Of a stretch of 54,036 nucleotides of DNA, positions 1 through 9,184 are shown piece after piece. A model generated the notes under the pieces. The model was given only the letters and a program-made list of their open reading frames with translations. It did not search any database and was not told the DNA's origin. Each line of letters starts with the position of its first letter. The stretch's first letter is position 1. Made by a program: the position numbers and the translations under genes. This stretch comes from Archaeoglobus sp. JdFR-37 (lineage in GTDB: Archaea; Halobacteriota; Archaeoglobi; Archaeoglobales; Archaeoglobaceae). The stretch covers positions 1 through 54,036 of the forward strand of contig MTMY01000028.1 of assembly GCA_002010215.1 (NCBI GenBank). Reading direction: 5' to 3'.

Positions 1-86
1 TACATTATTTGGGGTTCCTGACACTATTTAAATAAGGGAAGGGGTAAGAAAGCTTTAAGTTTGTGAAAGAGGGAATATTAACGGGT

Positions 87-113
87 GTTCAAATCAGACT
101 AATTATAAGGAAA
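87..113 (+). CRISPR. Single degenerate CRISPR-repeat-like sequence with a leader-like upstream region; no array
   Basis: GTTCAAATCAGACTAA resembles the 5' half of Archaeoglobus-type repeats (GTTGAAATCAGACCAA, recalled from memory); no second copy seen. Confidence 0.3.
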
Positions 114-766
114 ATTTTATTTAAGAAAGTACTCCTAGTAATGTTGGATAAATCCCTGACTGGACTGCAGTTGCTGTTGGCGATGCCATTTTTCAGGAAA
201 GCACTACTTGTAGTTCAAGCTTCTTAGCGAGGGCGGTAATCATGTAGTATTTGATGATGTTGAGCCCTCCTAAACGTTTTGCCAGAGAAGTGGAGGTAGG
301 AGAGGCGATAGTGGCATCAATTCTATAATCAAACTAACATAATAAAGATGGTTAATACCCTAACTAATGTCTATGTTCCTTTACAAATTCGACAATTGGT
401 CAATACTCCAAACTACCTTGGCAGTCTAAGTCCAGTTCGTTTCCTGTTTTTCCATTCTCAGGCTTCAATAAGTGGTGTAAAGCAGAAGTTTTTACTGTCG
501 ATACAATGGTTCTAGTAAGTGAAATGGTTACTGAGATGATTATAAGGTTTCAGTAAAAGTTATGAATATCATTATACAGACACATTTACTCAAAAATTCC
601 TTTGTTATTAAGATACGTGAGAGTAGGTAGTGGCGTATTAATTATATTATTGATTATATATAGTAGTCTTTACATTCATAACATAATGTACGACAAAATG
701 AACTGAACAACTGATAAACAGTTTCCTTACTGCTCCTTTACGGTTCATGCAAAGTCTTATTGTTCT

Positions 767-794
767 GATTGTTTAATTATGATTGTTTAATTAT
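767..794. repeat. 14-bp tandem duplication GATTGTTTAATTAT x2
   Basis: Exact repeat at 767-780 and 781-794. Confidence 0.9.
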
Positions 795-850
795 CCTGAT
801 ATATAATATCGATAATACCAAATTTCAATAATATCAAAAAATCCTAAAAA

Positions 851-2032
851 TCAATATCTTAAATCCAGAACTTCTCTATCCTTCTCCAGCTTTTCTACCA
901 CTTTTATTTCATTAGGTGAAATAAGAAGTGCAGATCTCAACACCTCCTCCAGTTGTCGAATGTCAACCTCTTCTCTCCCCTCCACTTCAACCTCTAGATA
1001 GTCTGTCCCCTTTTCCGTTCTTTTTATCACTGCCCTGAATCTGCCGGTGAGCCCTGGAAATCCTTTGAGGACGAGGTTAAGCTGGGAAGGGTAGAATTTG
1101 ACTCCTTTAACTTTGTGCATTTCATCGGTTCTCCCAAAAACACCTTTCGGCATCGTCACAGTTTTCCCGCACTCACACTCGAACCTCTCTATCATGCTCA
1201 GGTCGCCGGTTCTGAACCTCTGCATGGGCATTGCTTCCTTGTTGAGGTGAGTGACAACTATCTCTCCTCTCTCCCCATCTTCCAGCACCTCTCCGGTATC
1301 GGGGTCTATTATCTCCACGTAGCAGAACTCATCCACTATGTGTAGCCCATTCTCGTATTTACACTCGCACGCAATTGGTAAGCATTCAGCCATTCCGTAG
1401 TAATCAACCATTGTTGCCCCACCAAAAGCCTCCTTAAGCTGCTCTTTGTACCCTTCTATTGATGAAAAAGGCTCACCGGCAGCTATCAGCAATTTTATCC
1501 CCTCAAGCCCTTCATTTGCCAACTTCAAGGCGAAACTTGGGTTTGAAATCAGAACAGTTGGTTTGGCGTGTTCGGCAATTTCAAGGGCTCTCTCAGTAGA
1601 ACCTGGGCCCAAGGGAACGACTTTCGCTCCAAGCTTCTCCATTCCACCGTGGAAATTGAGTCCGGCAATGAAGATGTGGTAATTGAAGGTGATAAGTGCA
1701 ATATCTGCCCTCTCAACTCCAGCCCTGATAAATGCTTGGGCATTTGCGGTATCAATTGCTTCAATATCTCTTTTTGTCTGGAGGATCGGGATTAACCCCT
1801 TACCTGAAGGGGAAAAGTTTATTCTCACCACATCATCTACCATAAATCCACCAAAGGGATCAGATTCAAAAGCGGCCTGCAAATCTTCACGGGTTGTGAA
1901 AGGAAGCTTCTGAAAATCCTTCTCGCTTTTGATATCCTCAGGTTTAATGTTTGCTTCCTCAAATTTCTTTCTGTAAAATGGGTGCTGGTAATTTCTGGCC
2001 AGTTGACTCCTCAGAATATCAAGCATGCCCAT
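851..2032 (-). CDS. Phenylacetate-CoA ligase-like (PaaK family) AMP-binding enzyme
   Basis: LPFTT motif, YYGMAE, RFRTGDL, GRTDEMHKVKGVKFYP; the P-loop is non-canonical (RINFSPSGKG). Confidence 0.85.
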   Translation of the reverse strand: MGMLDILRSQLARNYQHPFYRKKFEEANIKPEDIKSEKDFQKLPFTTREDLQAAFESDPFGGFMVDDVVRINFSPSGKGLIPILQTKRDIEAIDTANAQAFIRAGVERADIALITFNYHIFIAGLNFHGGMEKLGAKVVPLGPGSTERALEIAEHAKPTVLISNPSFALKLANEGLEGIKLLIAAGEPFSSIEGYKEQLKEAFGGATMVDYYGMAECLPIACECKYENGLHIVDEFCYVEIIDPDTGEVLEDGERGEIVVTHLNKEAMPMQRFRTGDLSMIERFECECGKTVTMPKGVFGRTDEMHKVKGVKFYPSQLNLVLKGFPGLTGRFRAVIKRTEKGTDYLEVEVEGREEVDIRQLEEVLRSALLISPNEIKVVEKLEKDREVLDLRY

Positions 2033-2149
2033 TAGTTTATTTCTTCGTATTTTAAAATTTCGAATCCTACCGATAAATCATGTAATAAGGCATTTATCGA
2101 AATATTTAAGTAGAATTAATCATGACAAAATATAGAAGGAGGGAAGTAG

Positions 2150-3442
2150 ATGTTTACGAGAAGGCAGTTCTTGGTGATAGTGGGAGGAACAACTCTTTCA
2201 GCCCTTTTGGGAGGGTGTGCAGGTCCGCAGGCACCAAAACCAACACCCACACCAACTCCGACACCGACTGGAGCAGCAACACCCACACCAGCAAAGAAAT
2301 TTGTTATACCGGCCCTCTTTGATCTCTCAGGGCCGACATCTGGAGTTGGTGTACCGTACTCACAAGGAGCGCAGAACTGTACGAGATGGATTAACGAAAA
2401 AGAAGGAGGAATACCAGGAGTAGGCCAGATAGAGCTTGTGGGTACTGATTATGGATATAAGATTCCAGAGGCTGTGTCTGTTTACAACAGGTACAAATCT
2501 CAGTACAACCCAGCCGTAATAGTCGGATGGGGTACTGGCGATACCGAGGCCCTCTCAAAGAACGTGGCACAGGACAAGATTGTTTACATATCTGCAAGCT
2601 ACTCATCTCACCTTGATGACCCATCTAAGACACCATACAACTTCTATCCGGTAGCGAGTTATTCAGATCAGGCAAGAGCAGCAGTTATGTGGATGAAGGA
2701 GTGGTGGGACAAGGAGGGAGAGAACAGAAAGCCAAGGCTTGTGTGTGCCTATGACTTCAACTCAGCCTATGCAAGAGCTCCTATAAAAGCAGTCAAAGAT
2801 CTTGCCCAGAGTCTGGGCTTTGAAATCGGATCTGACCAGAATGTGGGCTTAAGAGCTACTGACACATCTTCCCAGGTACTTGCTATGAAGGATTTTGGTG
2901 CTGACTTTGTGTGGTTTGGAAATACTGTCGGTTCGGGAGCAGTCATAGCCAAGGACATAAAGAAGTTCGACTTGGGTGCGATTCTTGTTATGAACCAGTG
3001 GGGGCATGATGAGAACCTGATAAAGCTTGCTGGCGAGGCAGCTGACGGGGTTCATGGTGCCACCGGCCACTATTACTGGGGATTTGAGAGTGAGGCTCCC
3101 GGTCTGAAGACCCTCAGGAAGTCAATTGAGGAATATGGGCCTGAAGAATTCCCAGCATCACCATTCATAAGAGGATGGCTCAACGTGAGAACGGCTGCTC
3201 TGGCTTTGAAGGACGCCTATGAGAAGTTTGGCAAGATAACCGGAGAGAACGTGAAGAAAGCCATGGAGACTTGGAAGGATAAAGAGATCGAGAATGGCAT
3301 CTCTCCACCTGTCACATATACGCCCACTGACCATAGGCCCACCACCAAAGCGCTAATCCTGAAGATAGAGAATGGTAAGTACGTGATGGCCAGTGATGGT
3401 TGGGTTGAAATCGAGAGGAAACCCGAGTGGCTTGGCTGGTAA
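2150..3442 (+). CDS. Branched-chain amino acid-type (LivK-like) ABC substrate-binding lipoprotein with Tat signal
   Basis: TRRQFL twin-arginine motif, LLGGC lipobox, Pro-Thr linker, DLSGPTS and GWGTGDT motifs; GGAGG RBS upstream. Confidence 0.9.
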   Translation: MFTRRQFLVIVGGTTLSALLGGCAGPQAPKPTPTPTPTPTGAATPTPAKKFVIPALFDLSGPTSGVGVPYSQGAQNCTRWINEKEGGIPGVGQIELVGTDYGYKIPEAVSVYNRYKSQYNPAVIVGWGTGDTEALSKNVAQDKIVYISASYSSHLDDPSKTPYNFYPVASYSDQARAAVMWMKEWWDKEGENRKPRLVCAYDFNSAYARAPIKAVKDLAQSLGFEIGSDQNVGLRATDTSSQVLAMKDFGADFVWFGNTVGSGAVIAKDIKKFDLGAILVMNQWGHDENLIKLAGEAADGVHGATGHYYWGFESEAPGLKTLRKSIEEYGPEEFPASPFIRGWLNVRTAALALKDAYEKFGKITGENVKKAMETWKDKEIENGISPPVTYTPTDHRPTTKALILKIENGKYVMASDGWVEIERKPEWLGW

Positions 3443-3492
3443 GTGGCTGGTAGAATCGGCAACATCAAAACAACCGAGGAGGTAGCTGGAAA

Positions 3493-4281
3493 GTGTTAAT
3501 TTTGAATAATGTAGAGGTTACTTTCGACCCTTTTATTTTAGTTGTAAAAGGAGTGTCAATGGAAGTTCCAGAGGGTAGCATAGTTGCCATTCTGGGGGCC
3601 AACGGGGCTGGAAAGAGCACGATTCTGAAGGCAATTTCTGGAGTAATAAGGATGGAGAGGGGCAGAGTTAGCCATGGATTCATTCAGTTTAACGGGAAGA
3701 GGATAGAGAATCTTCCGCCTGAGGAGGTGGCTAAGCTTGGCATAATCTATGTGCATGAAGGAAGGAGCGTTTTTGAGGAGCTGACGGTGGAAGAGGATTT
3801 GCTTGCAGGACTTTACGGCAGGAGATCTCTTGATCCCAAAGATGCATTGGAATTTGTCTACAATTATTTCCCTCAACTGAAAAGAAAGAGGAAGCTCAAG
3901 TCAGGTTTGCTGAGCGGTGGAGAGCAGCAGATGCTGGTAATTGGCAGAGCTCTCATCTCCAAGCCTGATGTTTTACTTCTTGACGAACCGTCTCTTGGCT
4001 TAGCTCCCAAAGTTGTTACTGAAGTTTTCAGGACAATCAAGCAGATAAATGAGTCGGAAGGGTTGACAGTTGTTCTAGCTGAGCAGAACGTCAGAAAAGC
4101 CCTTGAGATTGCGGAGTACGGATACGTCATTGAGGGAGGTAGGGTTGTGCTGCACGGCACAGCAGAGAAACTTATCAGGAATCCAGATGTACAGAACTAC
4201 TACCTTGGTATAGGTGAGGCTGGAAGAATAAGTTATCAGGATGTAAAGTCGTACAAAAGGAGGAAGAGGTGGATTTCTTGA
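3493..4281 (+). CDS. livF: ABC ATP-binding protein, LivF-like
   Basis: GANGAGKS Walker A, LSGGEQQML signature, LLLDEPSLGLAP. Confidence 0.9.
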   Translation: MLILNNVEVTFDPFILVVKGVSMEVPEGSIVAILGANGAGKSTILKAISGVIRMERGRVSHGFIQFNGKRIENLPPEEVAKLGIIYVHEGRSVFEELTVEEDLLAGLYGRRSLDPKDALEFVYNYFPQLKRKRKLKSGLLSGGEQQMLVIGRALISKPDVLLLDEPSLGLAPKVVTEVFRTIKQINESEGLTVVLAEQNVRKALEIAEYGYVIEGGRVVLHGTAEKLIRNPDVQNYYLGIGEAGRISYQDVKSYKRRKRWIS

Positions 4282-5018
4282 AGAATGTTCTGGAAGTGAG
4301 GGATGTCCACCTCAGTTTTGGAGGTATTATAGCGCTTAACGGAGTTAACCTTCAGCTTAGAGAGGGGGAGATTCTTGCATTGGTTGGGCCGAACGGATCA
4401 GGAAAGACTAGTTTGCTGAACTGCATTTGTGGATTCTACAAACCACAAAAAGGCTCGATTATCTACAAGGGCAAGGATATTACAAAAACTCCCCCTCACG
4501 TCAGAGCAGAGATGGGAATTGGCAGGATTTTCCAGACTCCCTATATCTTTCACGGTACAGTTGTGGATAACATAATGGTGGGATATGTTACAAAAAACAG
4601 GAACCTGATGAGCCTTTTAACGTCCAAATCCACCGTAGAAGCAAGAGAACTTGCTGAGGAGCTCATAGAATTTGTAGAGCTTGAGATTTACAGAAACAGT
4701 CCTGCACATGGCTTGCCAATGGGTATCAGGAAGCGCATAGAGCTTGCCAGAGTCCTCATGTGGAACCCGGATACTCTGCTACTTGATGAACCCACTTCTG
4801 GCCTGAGCATTGATGAGAAGAGGGACATGGCTAGGTTTATACTTGAGCTCAACGAGGTTCACGGAAAAAGCATCCTTCTGGTGGAGCATGACCTCTCCTT
4901 GGTGCATGACATAGCCCATAGAGCTGTTGTGATGGATGCTGGTGTTGAGATAGCCGAAGGAACTCCTGAGGAGGTTGTAAACAATCCGGAGGTTATAAAG
5001 GCGTATCTGGGTGAGTAG
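4278..5018 (+). CDS. livG: ABC ATP-binding protein, LivG-like
   Basis: GPNGSGKT Walker A, LLLDEP, VEHD, C-terminal VIKAYLG; start placed at the TTG overlapping the livF stop (ORF track gives 4269). Confidence 0.88.
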   Translation: MKNVLEVRDVHLSFGGIIALNGVNLQLREGEILALVGPNGSGKTSLLNCICGFYKPQKGSIIYKGKDITKTPPHVRAEMGIGRIFQTPYIFHGTVVDNIMVGYVTKNRNLMSLLTSKSTVEARELAEELIEFVELEIYRNSPAHGLPMGIRKRIELARVLMWNPDTLLLDEPTSGLSIDEKRDMARFILELNEVHGKSILLVEHDLSLVHDIAHRAVVMDAGVEIAEGTPEEVVNNPEVIKAYLGE

Positions 5019-7014
5019 CATGGAAACCACGGAAAGTCTTCCAGCATGGGTTAAGGAGGCAATAAATGCGGTTCCAGAGGAAATTGAGACTTATATTTAC
5101 GGAGAAGACATAGAGGTGGAAATCCCATCTTACGATACTTTCCCCAAGCTGCTATTGAAGAATTCCAAAGAGATAGGGGACAAGACGGCTTTGAGGGAGA
5201 AAAAACATGGGATATGGAAGAGAATAACGTGGAGAGAGTACCTTGAGAACGTCAAAAAGCTATCTCTCGGCCTACTTGCTCTAGGATTCGAAGAAGGGGA
5301 CAAAATTACCCTGATAGGAGACAACAGGCCGGAATGGCTCTACACATACCTTGCAGCGGAGGCTGCCAAAGGTGTGCCCTTCGGCGTGTATCAAGATAAT
5401 CTTGCAGAGCAGCTCTTGCCCCTCATAAACAACAGCGGCTCGAGGTGGATCTATTGCGAAGATCAAGAGCAGACGGATAAGGTTCTCAGCATTCTTGATG
5501 AAATTCCAGAAGTCAGCAGGATAATAGTCAAGGACTGGACTGGCATGTGGAGGTATCGAGACAACCCCAATCTCATAAGCGTTGATGAAGTAATGAAACT
5601 TGGGGAGGAGCTGGACAAAAAAGAGCCCGGCCTTTTTGAGGAGAACGTAAACTCACAGAGTAGAAAAGACATTGCGTGCTTTGCCACATCATCCGGCACC
5701 ACGGGAGTACCGAAATGTGTTATGCTGAGCTACGAGAACATGATGTTCATGGGTCTCGCCTTACAAAAGGTTGTTTCCATGAGCATAGAGGAGGACTACT
5801 TCTCATTCCTGCCTTTGGCCTGGATAGGAGAGCAGATGATGGTGTTCTCATGCGGCCTCACCACTGGTTTCAGGGTGAACTTTTACGAGGAGCCCGAAAC
5901 TGTCAACAGGGATCTCAGAGAGCTTGGCCCAACCATAATGTTCGGCCCGCCGCGAATATGGAGAGATATGCTGGCTGAAGTGCAGGTAAAGATTGCAGAT
6001 GCTGGATGGTTAAAACGGAAGGCTTTTGATCTGGCAATGAAAGTGGGATACGGTTGTGTTGACAGGGAATTTAAGGGGGAATCAATACCATCTCATCTCA
6101 AACTTGCCAGAAAGATCGCTTATTTCATTGTTTTCAGGCCTATTCTTGACAAACTGGGGCTTAAAAGGATAAGGCATGCCTTCACCGGAGGAGCTCAGGT
6201 GTCCGTGGATGACTTCAGGATGCTTAGAGCGATGGGCGTTAACATGAAGCAGATCTATGGCCAGACTGAGATTTCTGGCATTTCATGCCTGCATAGAGAT
6301 GGAGATGTTGATCCTTGGACGAGTGGAAAGCCGCTGCCGAGAACGGTCATAGCCATCACTAAGCGGGGAGAAATAATCTCCAAGAGCCCGGCAGTGATGC
6401 TGGGCTATTATGACAGACCCTATGAAGATGAAGTGGTCAATGGATGGCTTTACTCAGGAGATATGGGAATGGTGGATGCTAAAGGACATCTCGTCGTCAT
6501 TGACAGGCTGGCTGACGTTATAACTCTTCAGGATGGTACAATCGTATCACCACAGCACCTTGAAAACAGGCTGAAGTTCAGCCCGTACATCAGAGAAGCT
6601 ATGATTCTGGATAACGGGAGGCCATACGTAACAGCCATCCTGAACATCCACTTTGAAAACGTTGCCAAATGGGCAGAGGACAACAACATCCCCTTCACTG
6701 GCTATGTCGATCTATCTCAGAAGCCTGAGGTCTATGATCTACTTGAAGACGCTGTGAAGGAGGTGAATAAGAATCTTCAGGAGTCCATGAAGATAAGGAA
6801 GTTCATCTCCCTCTACAAAGAATTTGATCCCGATGACGAGGAGATGACCAGAACCAGAAAACTCAGGAGAGGCCTCATCAGGGAAAGGTACAGAGAAGTT
6901 ATCGAGGCCCTCTACACCGATGTAGATGAGGTAGATTTCGTTGGTGAGATTAAGTACGAAGATGGAACCAGAGATCAGGTTAAAGTAAAAATGAAAATCA
7001 GGAGGGTGGAGTAA
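5011..7014 (+). CDS. Long-chain fatty acid-CoA ligase (AMP-binding) embedded in the ABC operon
   Basis: TSSGTTGVPK P-loop, YGQTE, SGDMG, MTRTRKLRR; start may be ATG 5020. Confidence 0.9.
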   Translation: MSSMETTESLPAWVKEAINAVPEEIETYIYGEDIEVEIPSYDTFPKLLLKNSKEIGDKTALREKKHGIWKRITWREYLENVKKLSLGLLALGFEEGDKITLIGDNRPEWLYTYLAAEAAKGVPFGVYQDNLAEQLLPLINNSGSRWIYCEDQEQTDKVLSILDEIPEVSRIIVKDWTGMWRYRDNPNLISVDEVMKLGEELDKKEPGLFEENVNSQSRKDIACFATSSGTTGVPKCVMLSYENMMFMGLALQKVVSMSIEEDYFSFLPLAWIGEQMMVFSCGLTTGFRVNFYEEPETVNRDLRELGPTIMFGPPRIWRDMLAEVQVKIADAGWLKRKAFDLAMKVGYGCVDREFKGESIPSHLKLARKIAYFIVFRPILDKLGLKRIRHAFTGGAQVSVDDFRMLRAMGVNMKQIYGQTEISGISCLHRDGDVDPWTSGKPLPRTVIAITKRGEIISKSPAVMLGYYDRPYEDEVVNGWLYSGDMGMVDAKGHLVVIDRLADVITLQDGTIVSPQHLENRLKFSPYIREAMILDNGRPYVTAILNIHFENVAKWAEDNNIPFTGYVDLSQKPEVYDLLEDAVKEVNKNLQESMKIRKFISLYKEFDPDDEEMTRTRKLRRGLIRERYREVIEALYTDVDEVDFVGEIKYEDGTRDQVKVKMKIRRVE

Positions 7015-7919
7015 TGGTTCTTCTGGAAATGATTGTTATGGGTCTTGCCGCAGGAACGATTTACGGCGTTATGGCCCTATCTTTCGTTCTGATTTACAGG
7101 GTGGGCAAGATCGTCAACATAGCAGTTGGTGACATGGTTTTGCTTGGAGCCTATCTGATATTCGCCTTCTCAGGCCTCGGACTGGTGGAAGATCCAGTAA
7201 TCAACCTTATTCTTGGACTGATTCTAGCATCAATATTCGGACTGGTGATAGCTGTGGGAACTGAAAGGTTTCTCATGCGACCTCTCTACGGACAATCAAT
7301 CCTATCGCTTATCATGATGACTGTAGCTCTGGGAATGATACTGAGAGGTGCCACCATCGTCAAGTGGGGAACCGTTCTGAGAGTATTCCCGGGGCAGCAT
7401 GAAGTGTTTCCACCTATTCCATTCACCATAGGCCCTATTGAAATCCCGTACGTATATCTCTGGAGCATAACAGGAGCATTTCTGATATTCGGCTCATTCC
7501 TGTACCTCTTCAGGAAAACCCTCTTCGGATTTGCAATGAGGGCAGTATCCCTTGATCCTGAAGCTGCAGCCACCCATGGAATAAGCATCAAGAAAATCTA
7601 CACCTACACTTGGATGATAGCCTACGTTGCCGCTTTTCTGGCGGGACTAGTACTGGGTGCCATCAATGGGATAACTGTAATAGTATCATATCTCGGCCTG
7701 GCAAGGGCTTTACCTGCTGCGCTGATTGGCGGGCTGGACAGCCCGGGCGGTGCAATGCTTGGAGGGCTTTTACTCGGCCTGATAGAACATACTGTCGGAA
7801 CGTTCCTCAATGCCTACATTCCGGGCATAAGAGCCATCATTCCCTACATCGTTCTGCTGGTGGTCCTGATCGTGAAGCCCTACGGCCTCTTCGGAACTGT
7901 AAGGATTGAGAGGGTGTGA
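7014..7919 (+). CDS. livH: ABC permease, LivH-like
   Basis: Hydrophobic; GLAAGTIYGVMALSFVLIY, GGLDSPGGA, KPYGLFG. Confidence 0.88.
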   Translation: MVLLEMIVMGLAAGTIYGVMALSFVLIYRVGKIVNIAVGDMVLLGAYLIFAFSGLGLVEDPVINLILGLILASIFGLVIAVGTERFLMRPLYGQSILSLIMMTVALGMILRGATIVKWGTVLRVFPGQHEVFPPIPFTIGPIEIPYVYLWSITGAFLIFGSFLYLFRKTLFGFAMRAVSLDPEAAATHGISIKKIYTYTWMIAYVAAFLAGLVLGAINGITVIVSYLGLARALPAALIGGLDSPGGAMLGGLLLGLIEHTVGTFLNAYIPGIRAIIPYIVLLVVLIVKPYGLFGTVRIERV

Positions 7920-7973
7920 CAATGGAAGGGAATGAGATTGTGAAAAGGAAAGGAGAGATGAGAGGGTGAAAAC

Positions 7974-9020
7974 ATGGGAAGCTCAAGGCCATGCGGTGTA
8001 ATAAAGGAGAGTTACGCAGCTGACATGTCCTTCTTCGAAAAGCCGTTCCATTACTGGGCAATTGGCTTACTTATCCTCATCCTAGTCTTGCTGCCCTTCA
8101 TGGCTCCAGAATTCTATCTTAATGCCATACTGCTGATTGCCATATTTGGTATTACCATAATGGGCCTGAACCTTCTGACTCAAGCACACCTCTTCTCAGT
8201 CATGCACGCAGCCCTCATGGGCATCGGGGCCTTCACCACTGCCTTCCTCTCGCAGCAGCTTCCTTTCTTCCTGACAATACCAGTTGCTGGCCTCATGGCT
8301 GCTGCTGTTTCAGTGTTCTTTGGTCTGCCATCTCTCAGGATTAAGGTGTTCTACCTTCTCTTCTCCACCACAGCAGCTCAGTTCATCATTGAGTGGATTC
8401 TCAACTGGATAACGAGGGATATACCTGGAAGCGCCGTTTACACTGCACCTTTGGGTTTAATGGGTTACCAGTTCGGTGTTTTGGAGCAGTACTACCTGTA
8501 TCTGCTCATAACTGCCATAATGGCCTATCTGATTGCCCACATCGGCAGGACTCCCCTTGGAAAGGCAATGGTCATGATAGGCGAGAAAGACTATGCTGCC
8601 CAGATACAGGGTGTTGATCTGCTGAAGTTCAAGGCGATAGCTTTCGCCATATCCGGTTTCTACGCAGGAGTTGCAGGCTCCATGTGGAGCTACATGCTCG
8701 GCCTTGTGACGCCAGAACATTTCCCCTTCCTGATGTCATGGGAACTGCTTGGCGTGGGTGTAATCGTTGGTGGGCTTGGAAGCTACGTCTGGGGCTCAAT
8801 ACTGGGTTCGGTGATGATCATAGTAGTCACACAGGTGACGACTGAGCTTGTCACTGTCCTTACGCCCTACATGCCTTGGCTCGGTGCATCTGCCTTCGGA
8901 CTGAGGGCCATATTCTACGGTATAATCATAGCAGCCATCCTGATCCTCGAACCGCAGGGGCTGGCAAGCCTGCTGAGGAAGGTGAAGAGGTACTTCGATC
9001 TCTGGCCATTTTCTTACTAA
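7974..9020 (+). CDS. livM: ABC permease, LivM-like
   Basis: Hydrophobic; GLPSLRIK, AFAISGFYAGVAG, GGLGS, EPQGL. Confidence 0.88.
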   Translation: MGSSRPCGVIKESYAADMSFFEKPFHYWAIGLLILILVLLPFMAPEFYLNAILLIAIFGITIMGLNLLTQAHLFSVMHAALMGIGAFTTAFLSQQLPFFLTIPVAGLMAAAVSVFFGLPSLRIKVFYLLFSTTAAQFIIEWILNWITRDIPGSAVYTAPLGLMGYQFGVLEQYYLYLLITAIMAYLIAHIGRTPLGKAMVMIGEKDYAAQIQGVDLLKFKAIAFAISGFYAGVAGSMWSYMLGLVTPEHFPFLMSWELLGVGVIVGGLGSYVWGSILGSVMIIVVTQVTTELVTVLTPYMPWLGASAFGLRAIFYGIIIAAILILEPQGLASLLRKVKRYFDLWPFSY

Positions 9021-9067
9021 CTTTTTCGACTTTTTTAATTCTAATTTATCGAATTGGATAAACTTTT

Positions 9068-9097
9068 TTAGCCCTCCCACCCAGCCCCAGGCTTCAT
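9068..9097 (-). CDS. Putative micropeptide MKPGAGWEG, short variant of the dispersed MKLRDGGGAxW family
   Basis: ATG AAG CCT GGG GCT GGG TGG GAG GGC TAA; aligns to the 13-codon copies with an in-frame 12-nt gap. Confidence 0.4.
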   Translation of the reverse strand: MKPGAGWEG

Positions 9098-9184
9098 TCA
9101 TTATAATATTGACCTCGTAAGCTTTTCTGGATACTTCCCGGGCAGGCAAGTTTTTGATTAGAAAAGCGCAGAATGACACAAAAA

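Noticed and set aside
1..850. Replication origin
   Set aside because: AT-rich, but no ORB-like repeats and no cdc6/orc1 gene in the window.
2231..2292. ACACC-rich repeat
   Set aside because: It encodes the ordinary Pro-Thr linker of the substrate-binding lipoprotein.
7922..7969. Mini-ORF MEGNEIVKRKGEMRG between livH and livM
   Set aside because: Single copy, unrelated to the micropeptide family, and explained by a purine-rich RBS region.
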